Below, in pieces: positions 1-11,371 of a stretch of 64,000 bases of DNA; within the stretch, counting starts at the first letter, position 1, and each line of letters starts with the position of its first letter. The notes beneath the pieces are model-generated. The model was not told the origin of the DNA, ran no database searches, and saw only the letters and a program-made list of their open reading frames with translations. Source of the stretch: an uncultured Planctomycetota bacterium (GTDB lineage Bacteria; Planctomycetota; Planctomycetia; Gemmatales; Gemmataceae); contig CAWKHF010000007.1 of the NCBI GenBank assembly GCA_963849325.1, positions 128,001 to 192,000 of the forward strand, read 5' to 3'. The translations under genes and the position numbers were made by a program.

Positions 1-947
1 TTCTCGCCTTGCAGATACACCTCCAGGTGAATGTCATAGGTCGTGCGGGGATCGTCGCGCAGGTAGGGCAAGGGCGGCGGCTCCTGCGGCGGCGCGGCGG
101 TGCGAAACGGTCCCAGCGCTTCCATCGTCACCACCCACGGCGAAATCGACGTGGCGAAGTTCTTGCCGAGAAACGGTCCCAGCGGTACGTACTCCCAGGA
201 CTGAATGTCACGTGCGCTCCAATCGTTGAGAAGCACCATGCCGAACAGGTGGTCCTCGGCCGACGCAATGGGAATGGGCCGACCTCGTTCGTTGCCCGGA
301 CCCACGAAGACGGCCATCTCCAACTCGAAGTCGAGCGAGCGGCTCGGTCCAAACGATGGCGCGGCGGCGTTGTCGGCCTTGCTCTGGCCGCACGGCCGCC
401 GCACCGGGATGCCGCTGACGATAACGGAGCTGGCGCGTCCGTGATAGGCGACGGGCAGATGCAGCCAGTTGGGCATCAGTGCCTTGTCCGGGCCGCGGAA
501 CATGCTGCCGACGTTGCTGGCGTGCTCGCGCGACGAATAGAAATCGGTGTAATCGCCGATGTCGGCCGGCAGCAACATTTCGACCTCATCGCTGGGAACG
601 AGGACGCGGGCCAGCAGTTCGGCATCGTCGCGCAGCGTCGGCTCGTCGGCGCGGAGCAATCGGCTGAGGGCGGCGCGGACCTCGCGCCAGGCCGTTCGGC
701 CCAGCGCCATGAAGGCGTTGAGCGTCCCGGTGTCGAACACGTGCCGGCCCTGGGCGGCCGGCACATCGAGCAGCCCCAGCGCTTCCAGCACCGTCACGTC
801 GAGGACGTGCCCGCCGATGGCGACGACGATAACGCGCTCGCCGCCGCGCCGCCGGCCGACACCGAAAGGCAGGTTCTGGATGGGAAAGTGCGATTGGGGC
901 GGCACCGGCACGAAGGAGCGCAGCCCTGGGTCGGTCGTCGGATTCAT
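1..947 (-). CDS. fahA: Fumarylacetoacetase (runs off the window start)
   Basis: My translation of the minus strand from ATG 947 (not in the ORF track): MNPTTDPGLRSFVPVPPQSHFPIQNLPFG...IGDYTDFYSSREHASNVG...WLHLPVAYHGRASS...LDFELE...LLNDWSARDIQSWEYVPLGPFLGKNFATSISPW, the typical FAH motifs. Confidence 0.95.
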   Translation of the reverse strand, partial: MNPTTDPGLRSFVPVPPQSHFPIQNLPFGVGRRRGGERVIVVAIGGHVLDVTVLEALGLLDVPAAQGRHVFDTGTLNAFMALGRTAWREVRAALSRLLRADEPTLRDDAELLARVLVPSDEVEMLLPADIGDYTDFYSSREHASNVGSMFRGPDKALMPNWLHLPVAYHGRASSVIVSGIPVRRPCGQSKADNAAAPSFGPSRSLDFELEMAVFVGPGNERGRPIPIASAEDHLFGMVLLNDWSARDIQSWEYVPLGPFLGKNFATSISPWVVTMEALGPFRTAAPPQEPPPLPYLRDDPRTTYDIHLEVYLQGE

Positions 948-985
948 GGACACGCCTCCGGGCGACTGGAACGCTAGAAGACAAT

Positions 986-1075
986 AAACCGCCAAGGCGT
1001 CAAGGGCGCCAAGAGAAGAAAGCGAGAACGAACCGATTCCTCTCTTCTCCCGGTCTTTTCCTGGTGCCTTGGCAG
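986..1075. repeat. Degenerate inverted 9-mer tandem repeat element (CGCCAAG-type)
   Basis: aaccgccaaggcgtcaagggcgccaag on the left, cctggtgccttggca on the right, around a purine-rich then pyrimidine-rich spacer. Confidence 0.45.
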
Positions 1076-1150
1076 TTCCTTCGGATGCGGATACACTCGT
1101 TGGATGACGGGCCTGGGGTATCATCGGGAACTTTCTTCGGTGGAGATGCC

Positions 1151-2363
1151 GTGAACGCCATCCGCATTTGCTGTCCGGGACTTCGGATCGTGCTGCTTCT
1201 CACCGCCATCTCGGGCTGTGCTCCTCGGCCCGTCGCCGATACGGCCTCGACCGGCGAGACGCCGGTCCCACCGAGTAGCGACTTCGCCATTCGCCTGCAC
1301 GGCGAGGAGCAACCGACCGTCGAAGTGACCGGCCTGCTCCCCGAACAGTTGCGGGCCTTGGCACGTCTCGAACAGACGCCGGAGCAGTGGCAGACGCTGT
1401 TCGCCGTCTACGTCGAGCGCAGTGGCGACCGTTCCGGGCAGCCGGCCATGCTCGGCTCTTATCGCGTCGAGAAGGACGTCCTCCGCTTCGAGCCGCGTTT
1501 CCCCCTCATGCGCGGCGTCGCCTACCGAGCCGTCTTCCGTCCCGCGCGCCTGCCGGGCCATGACGGCTCGTCGGAGCCGGCGGTGGAGACAGTCGTGCGG
1601 CTGCCCAAACCGGCGCCGGCGGCGCCGACGGTCGTGTCCCACGTCTATCCCAGCAAGGACGAGCTGCCCGAGAACCAGTTGAAGTTTTACCTGCACTTCT
1701 CCGCGCCCATGACCCAGGGGGATTCCTATAAGCATATCCACCTGCTTCGCTCCGACGGCAAGGAAGACGAGCGGGCCTTCCTCGAACTGCCGCAGGAGTT
1801 GTGGGACCGCGACGGCAAACGCTTGACGCTGCTGCTCGATCCTGGCCGAATCAAACGCGGCCTGAAGCCGCGCGAGGATCTCGGGCCGGCCTTGGAGGCC
1901 GGGCGACGTTACACGCTGGTCATCGACCGCGAATGGAAGGACGCCGAGGACAATGCGCTGAAAGAGAGCTATCGCAAAACTTTCCGCGTCCTGCCGGCCG
2001 ACGAGACCCAGCCCGATCCGAAGACGTGGAAGATGGGACCGCCCGCGGCGGGGACGACGACGCCGCTCGTCATGACGTCGCCGAAGGCGCTCGATCACGC
2101 TCTGCTGCGGCGCATGCTGTGGATTACCGACGCGATGGGCCGAAAAGTCCCCGGCGATGTGGAAGTGACGCAGCAGGAGACATGCTGGCGTTTCACGCCG
2201 ACGACGGCCTGGAAGGCCGGACGCTATCATCTCGTGGCCGACACGCCGCCTGGAAGACCTCGCCGGCAACAGCATCGCTCGGCCGTTCGAGGTCGATGTT
2301 CTCCATCCGGTCGAGCGTGCGATCAAGACGGAGACCGTGCAGGTCCCGTTCGAGGTGCGTTGA
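1151..2363 (+). CDS. Putative lipoprotein with Ig-like (Big_5-type) segments; one frameshift near 2245
   Basis: GTG 1151 after GGAG; hydrophobic stretch ending ISGC (lipobox-like); VYPSKDELPENQLKFYLHFSAPM, LWDRDGKRLTLLLDPGRIKRGL; continues in another frame as LEDLAGNSIARPFEVD...VPFEVR-stop at 2363. Confidence 0.65.
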
Positions 2364-2382
2364 GCCGCAGGAGGCGACAACG

Positions 2383-3981
2383 TCACGTCCGGATGCCGCC
2401 GGGGCCTTTGAAGGCGTCGGAGCCGCCGTGTGAGGCCGACCCCATCGTGCCGTCCACACCGATCTTGCCCTCCGTGATGTGGACGGCCTTGTAGCCGCCG
2501 CGCAGCCGATCCGTCAGAGCAATGATCCCGAAGACGACGACGAGCACGCACGGCAGCACGGCCACCCAGCGGAAGGCCCAGGCGGCGCCGTTCTTCTCGG
2601 CGTTCTCGATGACGCCCTTCTCTCGCTGTGCCGTCGCATCTCCCGTCTGGGCCTTTTCCGCGACGACGTTGACCGCATCCGGGTTGAGCTTGCGACTGCC
2701 CGACGGATAGAGGTGCTGCGCGATGACCGCCGGCATCCAGCTCTTTTCTCCCTCCTTCACGAGCGGGATGTCGACGCCGTCCTTGGCCTGGACCGTGGCG
2801 TCCTGCAAGTCGGCGGGGATCGCCTGGACCGTATAGGAATCGTAAATGGCCCCCATCTGCGGCAGCGCCTGCGAGATGGCGAGATTGCCGATCGAACCCA
2901 TCAGGCCCAGAAGCAGGGCGCCGCCCTTGGGGAAGCGCTCGGCCGTGACGCCGAGCATGGTCGGCCAGAAGTAGGCGATGCCGATGCCGAACACGGTGGC
3001 GGCCATGAAGGCGAGTACGGCGTTATCGACAAAGCTGAGCCAGTACAGGCCGAGGCCGGCCAGGATCGCCGAGCACGTCAACATGCCGACCGGCGACAGC
3101 TTGTGCGACAGAGGGCCGGCGAAGAAGCGCATGACGAACATCAGGCCGCTGGTGTAGACGAAAACGAGCGTACCGGAGACGTGGGCCGTGCGCTTGAGCA
3201 CCGATTCCTGCCACTGGTTCGGCCCCAGCTCGGCCGAGGCGGTCAGCAACATGCAGAAGGCCCACAGCAGGAACATCGGCCGCAACGCTTGCAGGAACAT
3301 TTCGCCGGTCGAGACGTTGTGCTGCACGCGCTCCGTCTGGGGGAACGACTGGCCCAGGCACATGACGCCGTAGACGACCAGCGGCAGGAGCAACAGGCCC
3401 ATCTTGACCTGCCACAACTTGAACCCGTGCAGGTCCACGTTGCCCAGCACGTCCGGAGTGACGACGAACGTGGCCAGCAGACCGCTCAGGATGAGTCCTC
3501 CCGGCCACCAGGCATGAAGGACGTTCAGCTTATGCGTTTTCTCGCGCGGAAATAGCGTGGCGGCCAGGGGGTTGATGGCGATCTCGACGAGGCCGTTGCC
3601 GGCGCCGACGATGAACGTCGAGACCCACAATACCCAGTAACTGGTGTTCGCTCCCTGCCCTCCCAGGCTTTTGATCGTGCTGTCCACGAAGGCGGCGTGC
3701 GACACCTCGGCGGCGAAGATGGTGCCGAGGATGCCGACCAGGTGGCACAGCCAGGCGCACAGCAGCACCTTGCCCATGCCGAGAAAATCGCACAACGGCG
3801 CGAACACGAGCATGGCGACGGCCATGCCCAGGAAGGCCGCTCCCATGATCTCGCCGACCGTCTGCTTGGTGAAGGCGAAGTCCGCCCCCAGCGGATCGGC
3901 GATGTCTTGCCGGATCATGAACGAGAACGCCGACGTAATGAGCGCGATGCAGCTCGCCACAAAGAGGCGCCGCGGATTCAT
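2383..3981 (-). CDS. MFS transporter
   Basis: About 12 hydrophobic helices; GAGNGLVEIAINPLAATLFP...KLNVLHAWWPGG; FWPTMLGVTAERFPKGGA. Confidence 0.9.
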   Translation of the reverse strand: MNPRRLFVASCIALITSAFSFMIRQDIADPLGADFAFTKQTVGEIMGAAFLGMAVAMLVFAPLCDFLGMGKVLLCAWLCHLVGILGTIFAAEVSHAAFVDSTIKSLGGQGANTSYWVLWVSTFIVGAGNGLVEIAINPLAATLFPREKTHKLNVLHAWWPGGLILSGLLATFVVTPDVLGNVDLHGFKLWQVKMGLLLLPLVVYGVMCLGQSFPQTERVQHNVSTGEMFLQALRPMFLLWAFCMLLTASAELGPNQWQESVLKRTAHVSGTLVFVYTSGLMFVMRFFAGPLSHKLSPVGMLTCSAILAGLGLYWLSFVDNAVLAFMAATVFGIGIAYFWPTMLGVTAERFPKGGALLLGLMGSIGNLAISQALPQMGAIYDSYTVQAIPADLQDATVQAKDGVDIPLVKEGEKSWMPAVIAQHLYPSGSRKLNPDAVNVVAEKAQTGDATAQREKGVIENAEKNGAAWAFRWVAVLPCVLVVVFGIIALTDRLRGGYKAVHITEGKIGVDGTMGSASHGGSDAFKGPGGIRT

Positions 3982-4078
3982 GGAGGACACTCCTGATACT
4001 CTGCTCCCAAACCCACGGGAGCGAGATGGTGTTTGGTATCATCTGCCGGACGCGATGTCAAATGGATTGGCCCATCCT

Positions 4079-6111
4079 TTAGCGAAGGGGATCGAAGTCC
4101 TGACCGAGCCGAGTGTACCACGTTTTCAGGTCCGCCAACTCCGACTTGGCACGCGGGCTGGCGTCGGGCAGCGTCACCGGCCGCGGCGCGACGAGGGCCG
4201 TCAACTGCTTGACGTCCAGCGCTTCGAGCAGACCGAAGCAGAACATCTCCGGCATCTGGTCCACCGACCGATTCTGCTCCAGCACTTCCTTGAGACTGCC
4301 CCACGCCCCATGCAGCTCCAGTCGGCCGATGGCTTTCTCCTCCAGTCCCGCCGCGACCAGAGCGATGAGACTCATGCGTGGGCCGACGGTGACGACGTGG
4401 AGGGGACCGTTCTTGTATTCGGTCTGCGACCATCGGGCCACCGCCGCCAGCTCGCTGGCCTGCACGCCGAGCGGCCGATCGCCCACCGCGGCCAACAGCA
4501 GCGCGAACAGAAAATCCTTCGCCGCCAACCGTGCCTCGCCGAAATAGAACAGATCGACCGCCAGGACGCGATGGCCCGCTTTCAGCAGGCGCTCGGCGTT
4601 GATCGGGTCGGCGCGGCGGCCGGCGTCGTTGACCAGGATGGTCGTCGCCTTCGGCTCGCCGCGCAGTCAGCTCGACGACCGGGACGGTCCACGCCTCGCC
4701 GAGACGGAGCTTCCAGAAGGTCGCTTTCAGACCGTCCTTCTCGGTGCCGTCCATGCGCGTCGCCTGCACGGTGAAATCGCGGGCGTGGACCACGGCGTGC
4801 AGCTTGTCGCGCTGCGTCTTCTGCCATTTTTCGGCCGCCGGCCGATCCGCAGGCAGGTCCGGAGCGAGCGGTAGTTTCCTGGCCAACTCCAGGGCGAGCG
4901 TGTTGAAGTCGGCGTTGTCAGTCGGGCAAATCCACGGCCAGGTCTTCCGCCGTCTTCACCTCCTTGTCCGACGGAATTTCGTCGCCCGAGTACGTCTTGT
5001 CACCCGGATAGAAGAAATCGCCGATCATGCGATAAAACGCCTGCCGATTGTCCTTTTCGTAGTTGTGCGTGCCGGGGTCGTCGTTGACGTGCGAACGCAG
5101 GGCCTTCTCCTGTCCGTACAGCTTGAAAATGGGGCGGGCGGCGTCGAGCAGCGGCGGCAGGGCGTAGCCGGCCTCGAAACAGCAATTGTCCTTCGCGTTG
5201 TAGGTCAGCAGCGTCGGCCGGGGAGCGCGCAGGGCGGTCAGGTGCGTGTAATCGGCGAAAGTGGCGAGATCGCAGGGCGTTTGCTCGGAGTCGCCGAGGT
5301 CCTTGAAATGATCGCGGACCTTGACGCGGAAGCTGGAATAACCGGCGACAGGGTTGGCCAGCTTGACACGCGGATCGAGCGAGCTGACGAAGATGGTCTG
5401 CCAACCACCGCCGGACAGACCGCTGACCGCGACACGCTCGGCATCGGCATAGGGCAGCGACAGCAGCACGTCGAGACCGCGCGTCATCGCCAGGTAAAAG
5501 GGAGCCACGCCGCTCGTGCCGCACAGATCGAGCTGGTTCATGCGATAGTGCTGAAGACTGGGTTTGCGCAGCTGCCCCATGCCGAACCACTCGACGTTGA
5601 GCACGGCCAGGCCGCGCTTGGCGAGGTTGATACAGCGGATTTGTTTGTAGCCGGCCGCCTTGCCCTTGCCGTCGTGGCCGTTGACGGCGAGCACGACCGG
5701 CATCTTCCCGGACAATTTCTCGGGTTCGTACAGCAGAGCGGGTATCCACAGGCCGGGCAGCGCCTCATAGCGCAGTTTCTTGATGCGATAACCGGGGCCG
5801 CCGGCGAGTGTATCGAACCATTTCACCTGCCCCTTGGCGTCGCGCCAGACGGCGGCCCGACCGCGGAAGACGACGCGGTCGAGGATGTCGCGGCGGAGGC
5901 GCTGAGCATACTTCTCCCACTCGTCCACCGTTTTCACCGCCGGCAGACGCGGGATGCGCAGCTCGATGCGGTCTTGCACGTCGAGCAGAGATTGGCGCGG
6001 CCCGATGATTTCGCGGGATAGCGCCTGCTCCAGGGGTGAGGGTTCGGCGGCGCGGACCAGGGAGGACATTGCGGACAACAACAGCAACAGGCACGAGGTT
6101 CGCTGGAACAT
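4079..6111 (-). CDS. Secreted acetyl-xylan-esterase-like alpha/beta hydrolase; frameshifts near 4920 and 4630
   Basis: Signal peptide MFQRTSCLLLLLSAMSSLVRA; GLSGGG nucleophile elbow; DPGTHNY; ORF pieces 4918-6144, 3978-4886 and 4079-4528 join into one protein. Confidence 0.75.
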
Positions 6112-6335
6112 GGAAGGTCTCCGGGCGAGTCCGCGGCAGGCCAAGCGGCGAGGAGCGATTCGGCAGCGATCATACCCGCGCGCCGTGCAAGTCGCAACTT
6201 TTCACCGACTGTCCGCCGCGCCGGAGTTCGTATTGATTCACTTGGCGGGGCCATCCAGAATAAGCAACGCTCCGCGAACGAGCGGCCGCACGGTAGCGGC
6301 CGTGTTGCTTTTTCCCGACTTATCGAGGCGAACCG

Positions 6336-7454
6336 ATGCCGTCAGGCGCGAAGTATGTCGTCGGCGTTCCCAACGAAATCAAGACCCACGAATCGCGCGT
6401 CGCCCTGATCCCCGTCGGCGTCGAGGAGCTGACGCGAGCGGGGCATCGGGTGCTCATCCAGGCCGGCGCCGGCCAGGGCAGCGGCATCAGCGACGAGCAG
6501 TATCGCCGCCACGGCGCCGAGATCGTGCCCGGCGCCGCCGACGTCTGGCGGCACGCCGACCTCATCGTCAAGGTCAAGGAGCCGCTGCCGGTCGAATGGC
6601 CGCTGATGCGTCCGGGCCAGATCGTCTTCACCTACTTCCACTTCGCCGCCGACGAATCGCTGACGCGCGCCGTCATGCAGTCGGGCATCACCGCCATCGC
6701 CTACGAGACCATCCGGGACGCCCAAGGCCGGCTGCCGCTGCTGACGCCGATGAGCGAGGTGGCCGGCCGCATGAGCATCCAGGAGGGGGCGAAGTTCCTG
6801 GAACGGCCGTTCGAGGGCCGCGGCATCCTGCTCGGCGGCGTGCCGGGCGTGCTGCCGGCCAACGTGGTCATCCTCGGCGGCGGCGTCGTCGGCGCCAACG
6901 CCGCCAAGGTCGCCGCCGGCCTGGGCGCCAACGTCACCATCCTCGACATCAACCTCGACCGCCTGCGCTACCTCGACGACGTGATGCCGCGCAACGTGAC
7001 CACGCTGTACAGCGACCGGCACAACATCCTCGACAGCCTGGCTCGCACCGACCTGCTGATCGGCGCCGTGCTCATCCCCGGTGCGCGAGCGCCGCACCTG
7101 GTCCGCCGCGAAGACCTCAAGCGCATGCCGCCGCGCGCCGTCATCATCGACGTGGCCATCGACCAGGGCGGCTGCGTCGAAACGTCCCGGCCGACCACGC
7201 ACAGCCATCCGACGTTCATCGTCGATGACGTGGTGCATTACTGCGTCACCAACATGCCGGGCGCCGTCGGCCGCACCAGCACCTACGCCCTGACCAACGT
7301 GACGCTGCCCTACGTGCTGCAGCTGGCGCGCAAGGGATTCGACCGAGCCATCGGCGAGAACGCGGCGCTGCGACAGGGCGTCAACATTCACGGCGGCAAA
7401 GTGACTAATCCTGCCGTGGCCGCCACCTTCGGCTTGGAGTGCGCCACGCTCTGA
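6336..7454 (+). CDS. ald: Alanine dehydrogenase
   Basis: GVPNEIKTHESRVAL, KVKEP, LPLLTPMSEVAGRMS, GGGVVG, DVAIDQGGCVETS, HYCVTNMPGAV. Confidence 0.97.
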   Translation: MPSGAKYVVGVPNEIKTHESRVALIPVGVEELTRAGHRVLIQAGAGQGSGISDEQYRRHGAEIVPGAADVWRHADLIVKVKEPLPVEWPLMRPGQIVFTYFHFAADESLTRAVMQSGITAIAYETIRDAQGRLPLLTPMSEVAGRMSIQEGAKFLERPFEGRGILLGGVPGVLPANVVILGGGVVGANAAKVAAGLGANVTILDINLDRLRYLDDVMPRNVTTLYSDRHNILDSLARTDLLIGAVLIPGARAPHLVRREDLKRMPPRAVIIDVAIDQGGCVETSRPTTHSHPTFIVDDVVHYCVTNMPGAVGRTSTYALTNVTLPYVLQLARKGFDRAIGENAALRQGVNIHGGKVTNPAVAATFGLECATL

Positions 7455-7856
7455 GGAAAGCCAGTAACCCCCCGAAGAATAGAGGAGGGTGGGGGAAAAT
7501 GGCACCGATTGAGGTTTTTCGCTTGACAGCGGGATGCCGTAGATTTGGACTATCTGTATTCGAACGTGCGCCCGAAGCAGGGGATGAGGGCGCGCTCGAA
7601 GAACAAGTTCGGCTTGGGTTTGCCAAGCCACGGGAATACGGCCAATCACTTTTGAGCGACGAGGACGAAAGGGTTACAAGGTGGTGGGAAGATCGGCGAT
7701 TGTGTCTACTCACACGATCCGTCACATCCTGCTTTCTTCGGTAAGTCCTTTCCTGGTCTTGTGATCGATTTCTTCCTCGAAGTCCGATGGGCGAATTCCA
7801 GCCCATTGACCCTTCGAGGATTGCATCCAAAGGCGATATTTTTAGGAGGGAATACC

Positions 7857-9005
7857 ATGAAGGGTAAAGGCAAGATCAACCGTCCGAAGCCTGCCGCGCC
7901 AATGACAGGGGACCAGATACTTCGGCGGGAAAATGTGGTGAAACGGCAGCCCCTGCCCAAGGAGTTGCAAAACCTCAAGTCCGCGAATAGTTTCGCCAGT
8001 GCGAGTCAGGTCAGCCTGGAAAAGATCGAGATCCCTTCCGGAGATGGTTTGCAGACCTACCGCATCGGTGGCGGACAGAAGGTGATGCGCGGCCTGCCGA
8101 CGACGGAATTCGTTCGTCTAAAAAGGGACGAGGTCAAGGCCGCCTCGCCAACCCTGCCTTTACCGCCGCCCCGCATCCCCGACTGGGCCGACGTGATTTA
8201 TCACCCGAAGATGGCGCCGCCCATCGCCCGCCGCCCCATGCGGCGCGCCAACGGCAAGCGGGTACAGCCGCTGTACATCTTCAACGGCGGCCGGCAGGCA
8301 TTCTTCCCCTCCGGCTATCCGTGGCAGTGCATCGGAAAAATCTTCGTCTGGAATGATCCCTACAGCGCCAACTGGTCCTGGACCGGGAGCGGCGTGCTGG
8401 TAGGCCGTAACGTCGTGCTGACGGCGTTGCACGTCGTGCCCTGGGCCGCCAACCCCGCGATGATGCAGTTCATACCGGCTTACTACAACGGCGCCTCTAC
8501 CCTGGGCCCTGACGTGTACTCCTACGTCAGCGCCACGTCGGCGTACTACCAAGAGCCGAGTCCAAACCCGGATAAGGCCGCGTGGGACTTTGCGGTACTG
8601 CGGCTGATCGACCCCCTCGGCGACAGTCTGAGCTGGTTCGGCAGCAAGACCTATGACGATCACTGGAACGACGGCAACTACTGGACGCTCGTGGGCTACC
8701 CCGACCTCGTTGCCGGCGGCGCACAGCCGTCGTGGCAAAATGGGATCAGCTTTCACGACGTTGACGACGACGGCGATGCACGGGAGCTGGAAACCGATAA
8801 TGGCGACGCCTCACCGGGCGACTCCGGTGGCCCCTTCTTCGGCTGGTGGGACGGGGAGAGCGGACCCTCCGTGGTCGGCGTGGCTTCGGCACAGGAGGAA
8901 GAATGGGTCATCTCCTTGATCCCCTACCCCGAGGACAATAATGTTGCTGCCGCCGGTTCACCGATGGTCGATCTGATCAAATGGGCGCAGACCAACTGGA
9001 CATAA
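7857..9005 (+). CDS. Trypsin-like (V8/glutamyl-endopeptidase-type) serine protease
   Basis: AGGAGG before ATG 7857; triad motifs VLTALH, WDFAVLRL, GDSGGP. Confidence 0.85.
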   Translation: MKGKGKINRPKPAAPMTGDQILRRENVVKRQPLPKELQNLKSANSFASASQVSLEKIEIPSGDGLQTYRIGGGQKVMRGLPTTEFVRLKRDEVKAASPTLPLPPPRIPDWADVIYHPKMAPPIARRPMRRANGKRVQPLYIFNGGRQAFFPSGYPWQCIGKIFVWNDPYSANWSWTGSGVLVGRNVVLTALHVVPWAANPAMMQFIPAYYNGASTLGPDVYSYVSATSAYYQEPSPNPDKAAWDFAVLRLIDPLGDSLSWFGSKTYDDHWNDGNYWTLVGYPDLVAGGAQPSWQNGISFHDVDDDGDARELETDNGDASPGDSGGPFFGWWDGESGPSVVGVASAQEEEWVISLIPYPEDNNVAAAGSPMVDLIKWAQTNWT

Positions 9006-9098
9006 AAACGGGAAAAGAGACATCGTAGAAATTCACGCCGAACAATTGCAGAGCTTGGGATTCAGGAAAACCCGGAAACGAGTTGAACGGCGTGCGGC

Positions 9099-11201
9099 TC
9101 AGCGCGGCGCCTTCTGAGGGGCGGGGACCGCCGGTGCCGGAGCGACGATGTCAGCGCCGACGCCTGCCGGAGCGTCTCGACGCATCTGCCAGCGGCCGAC
9201 TGCTTCCGCAGCGTCCTCGTCGAGCATCCACGTCAACGCGATGTCTACGACCGTCGCCGACGCCGCCGGCAGTTCCCGTTGACGAAACTCGACGCGCACG
9301 CCATCGGATAGGCGTTTGACCGCGAACATCGTCGGCGGCATCGTCGCCATCGGTGTGCCCATTTCGCGGAGATAGCGCAGGGCACGAAGATGTCCGGCCG
9401 TTTGTTCGTCGCTGTCGGAACCGATGCGGGTGACGTGGGCCAGCAGTTGCCGACAAGACAGCAATCCCAGGGCACTGACCGGGCCTTCGGCGTGTACCGC
9501 AGCCAGGCCGCGCGGCAGATTGAGCAGGTCTTTCGGCCGAGCGCTGTCACGCAGTGTCGCGGCCACGCGGCCGCGATGCCAGCCCAGCACGATGATCTTA
9601 CCTCGCCGACCGTAGTGAGCCGGCAAGCCCTGGAGATCCGGGTCGGCTGTCTCCGCCGTGAAGGAATGAACGATCTGTCCGGCGATCGTGTGCCGATGGG
9701 GTTCGGCGACCTTCGCACCCATGCCGTAGAGACGAGGCAGCACCGATTCGAGATCCCTGGCGGCATCCTCGTGGACAGCCTCAATCACGAGGACCGGATA
9801 GACGCCGGCTTCCTTGTCGGGCCGGCCGACCAGATGCACCGCCACGGCGGCCGACTGGATTTTCGCCAATACGTCTCGCCCCAGGCGCAGTTGCAGGCTT
9901 TTTTCCAATTCACCAAGCGCCTTGCTCGGCGGAGGTGTCTTCTCGTCCGCTTCTGCGGCGAGGGCGTCGGCCAGTTTGAGGACACGGGCCAGAGTGACGG
10001 GTCCGTCCGGCAGCGGCACAGCGAACAGAGCGAAGGCGTCGGCGGGCACGGCACGCAGCAGATTGGGACTGATCTTTTCGTTCGGCAGCAGTTCAAGGAG
10101 AGGACTGGTCTGTTTCTCTTTCATGCGCGCCTCGAAGCGGCAGACGAATTCGCCCTCGTGCAGCGACCAACCGGCCGCGGCGTAACGCATACCGGCGGGA
10201 TTGACTAACTCCTGGAAGACCGTCCATTCGTAGGTGTCGCGGCGGTGCTGGGCCTCGACATCGCGGAGGGCTGCTCGCAGCTTGGCGGGATCGCGCTTCT
10301 CTCCCTTGGCCAGGGGCCGCAGCCGAATCTCGTCCTGAAGGCGGATCAACTCACGGCGCAGAAGATCGTTAAGACAGCGCGTCAACCGTGGTGGATCGAT
10401 CCAGGTGAACAGGCCGGGACGATTTCGCATCTCGGCGGCGGCGCGAAACGCCGGCACGGTCGCCAGCGATGGATCGGACGGCTTGCCCTTGAGGCGGCGG
10501 ACCATGTCGCTGACGGACTCGGGCGTGGAACCGGCCGCGATGACACCGGGCATCAGCGCCAAAAAGCATCCGTATTCCGGCTTTTCTTCTGCCTCCCCTA
10601 CCGGCATGTCTTCGAGCCGGGCGACGGCGTAGGTAGCGCGAGGCCGTGGACCGCGGAGGAGACGCACGAGCGTGGCGGCAGGCTCCCAAGCTCGCCGGGC
10701 GATTTCCGGCCGCTTGCGCTTCTCGGCGTCACCGATCTGGAGGATCGGCACGCCCTCGACACGGGCGATGCAGCGGACTTCACCGCTTTCCATCAGGGCA
10801 ATGCCCAGAGCGAGAGGAAGCATGCGACTCTTGCCGGTTCGCATCGCGCCGACGATCTCGGGGTTGCCGTCCTTGGTGAAGCCGGTCAGGGCCATGCAAC
10901 CGCCCTGCCAATCGCCCAACTCGTCGATGAACTCCGGACTGGCGAGCCAGGCGAAGAGGAAAACCTCCTCCATGTTCCTCTTCTTCGCCTGGTGAGCATA
11001 GAAGGAGACGGGATTCTGGAGGTAGGAACCCTTGACGAGCGCGTGCAGCTCGCGGGCCAGGCGCGATGGGTCGTGCAATTCCAGGTAAGCCAGGGTGCGG
11101 GCGGGAACAAGGTTGGCCAGGTCGTGGACCTCGGCGGAGGCCGGCCCGGCCAGGACGAACAGCAGACACGTCGAGCCGGCGAAGCGGAGGCGACGATTCA
11201 T
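9099..11201 (-). CDS. Secreted hypothetical protein (possibly DUF3352-like)
   Basis: ~700-aa ORF with signal peptide MNRRLRFAGSTCLLFVLAGPASA followed by LVPARTLAYLEL. Confidence 0.6.
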   Translation of the reverse strand: MNRRLRFAGSTCLLFVLAGPASAEVHDLANLVPARTLAYLELHDPSRLARELHALVKGSYLQNPVSFYAHQAKKRNMEEVFLFAWLASPEFIDELGDWQGGCMALTGFTKDGNPEIVGAMRTGKSRMLPLALGIALMESGEVRCIARVEGVPILQIGDAEKRKRPEIARRAWEPAATLVRLLRGPRPRATYAVARLEDMPVGEAEEKPEYGCFLALMPGVIAAGSTPESVSDMVRRLKGKPSDPSLATVPAFRAAAEMRNRPGLFTWIDPPRLTRCLNDLLRRELIRLQDEIRLRPLAKGEKRDPAKLRAALRDVEAQHRRDTYEWTVFQELVNPAGMRYAAAGWSLHEGEFVCRFEARMKEKQTSPLLELLPNEKISPNLLRAVPADAFALFAVPLPDGPVTLARVLKLADALAAEADEKTPPPSKALGELEKSLQLRLGRDVLAKIQSAAVAVHLVGRPDKEAGVYPVLVIEAVHEDAARDLESVLPRLYGMGAKVAEPHRHTIAGQIVHSFTAETADPDLQGLPAHYGRRGKIIVLGWHRGRVAATLRDSARPKDLLNLPRGLAAVHAEGPVSALGLLSCRQLLAHVTRIGSDSDEQTAGHLRALRYLREMGTPMATMPPTMFAVKRLSDGVRVEFRQRELPAASATVVDIALTWMLDEDAAEAVGRWQMRRDAPAGVGADIVAPAPAVPAPQKAPR

Positions 11202-11371
11202 GTGCATCTTCCTTGAGCGTGAGGGGCAAACGGTTGCGTGTACCCTGCCTCTGTCCGTTGCCCGAATTGTAACAGACCCCTCAGTTTGAAACGAGTGCGG
11301 ATACGTTTCGCCGACGCGACATCGCAAGCGGTCTTGACGTTGGCCGGCGCGCGATTTATACCCGACGCGCT

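Noticed and set aside
9-977. 322-aa plus-strand ORF, and many similar long ORFs such as 6342-7649, 29342-30439, 45338-46519 and 53722-55872
   Set aside because: These are antisense or off-frame shadows of recognisable genes, expected in GC-rich DNA.
7499-7744. Short ORF between ald and the protease (also 49102-49419 and 19790-19932)
   Set aside because: No recognisable motif and atypical codon usage; these may be remnants but cannot be supported as genes.
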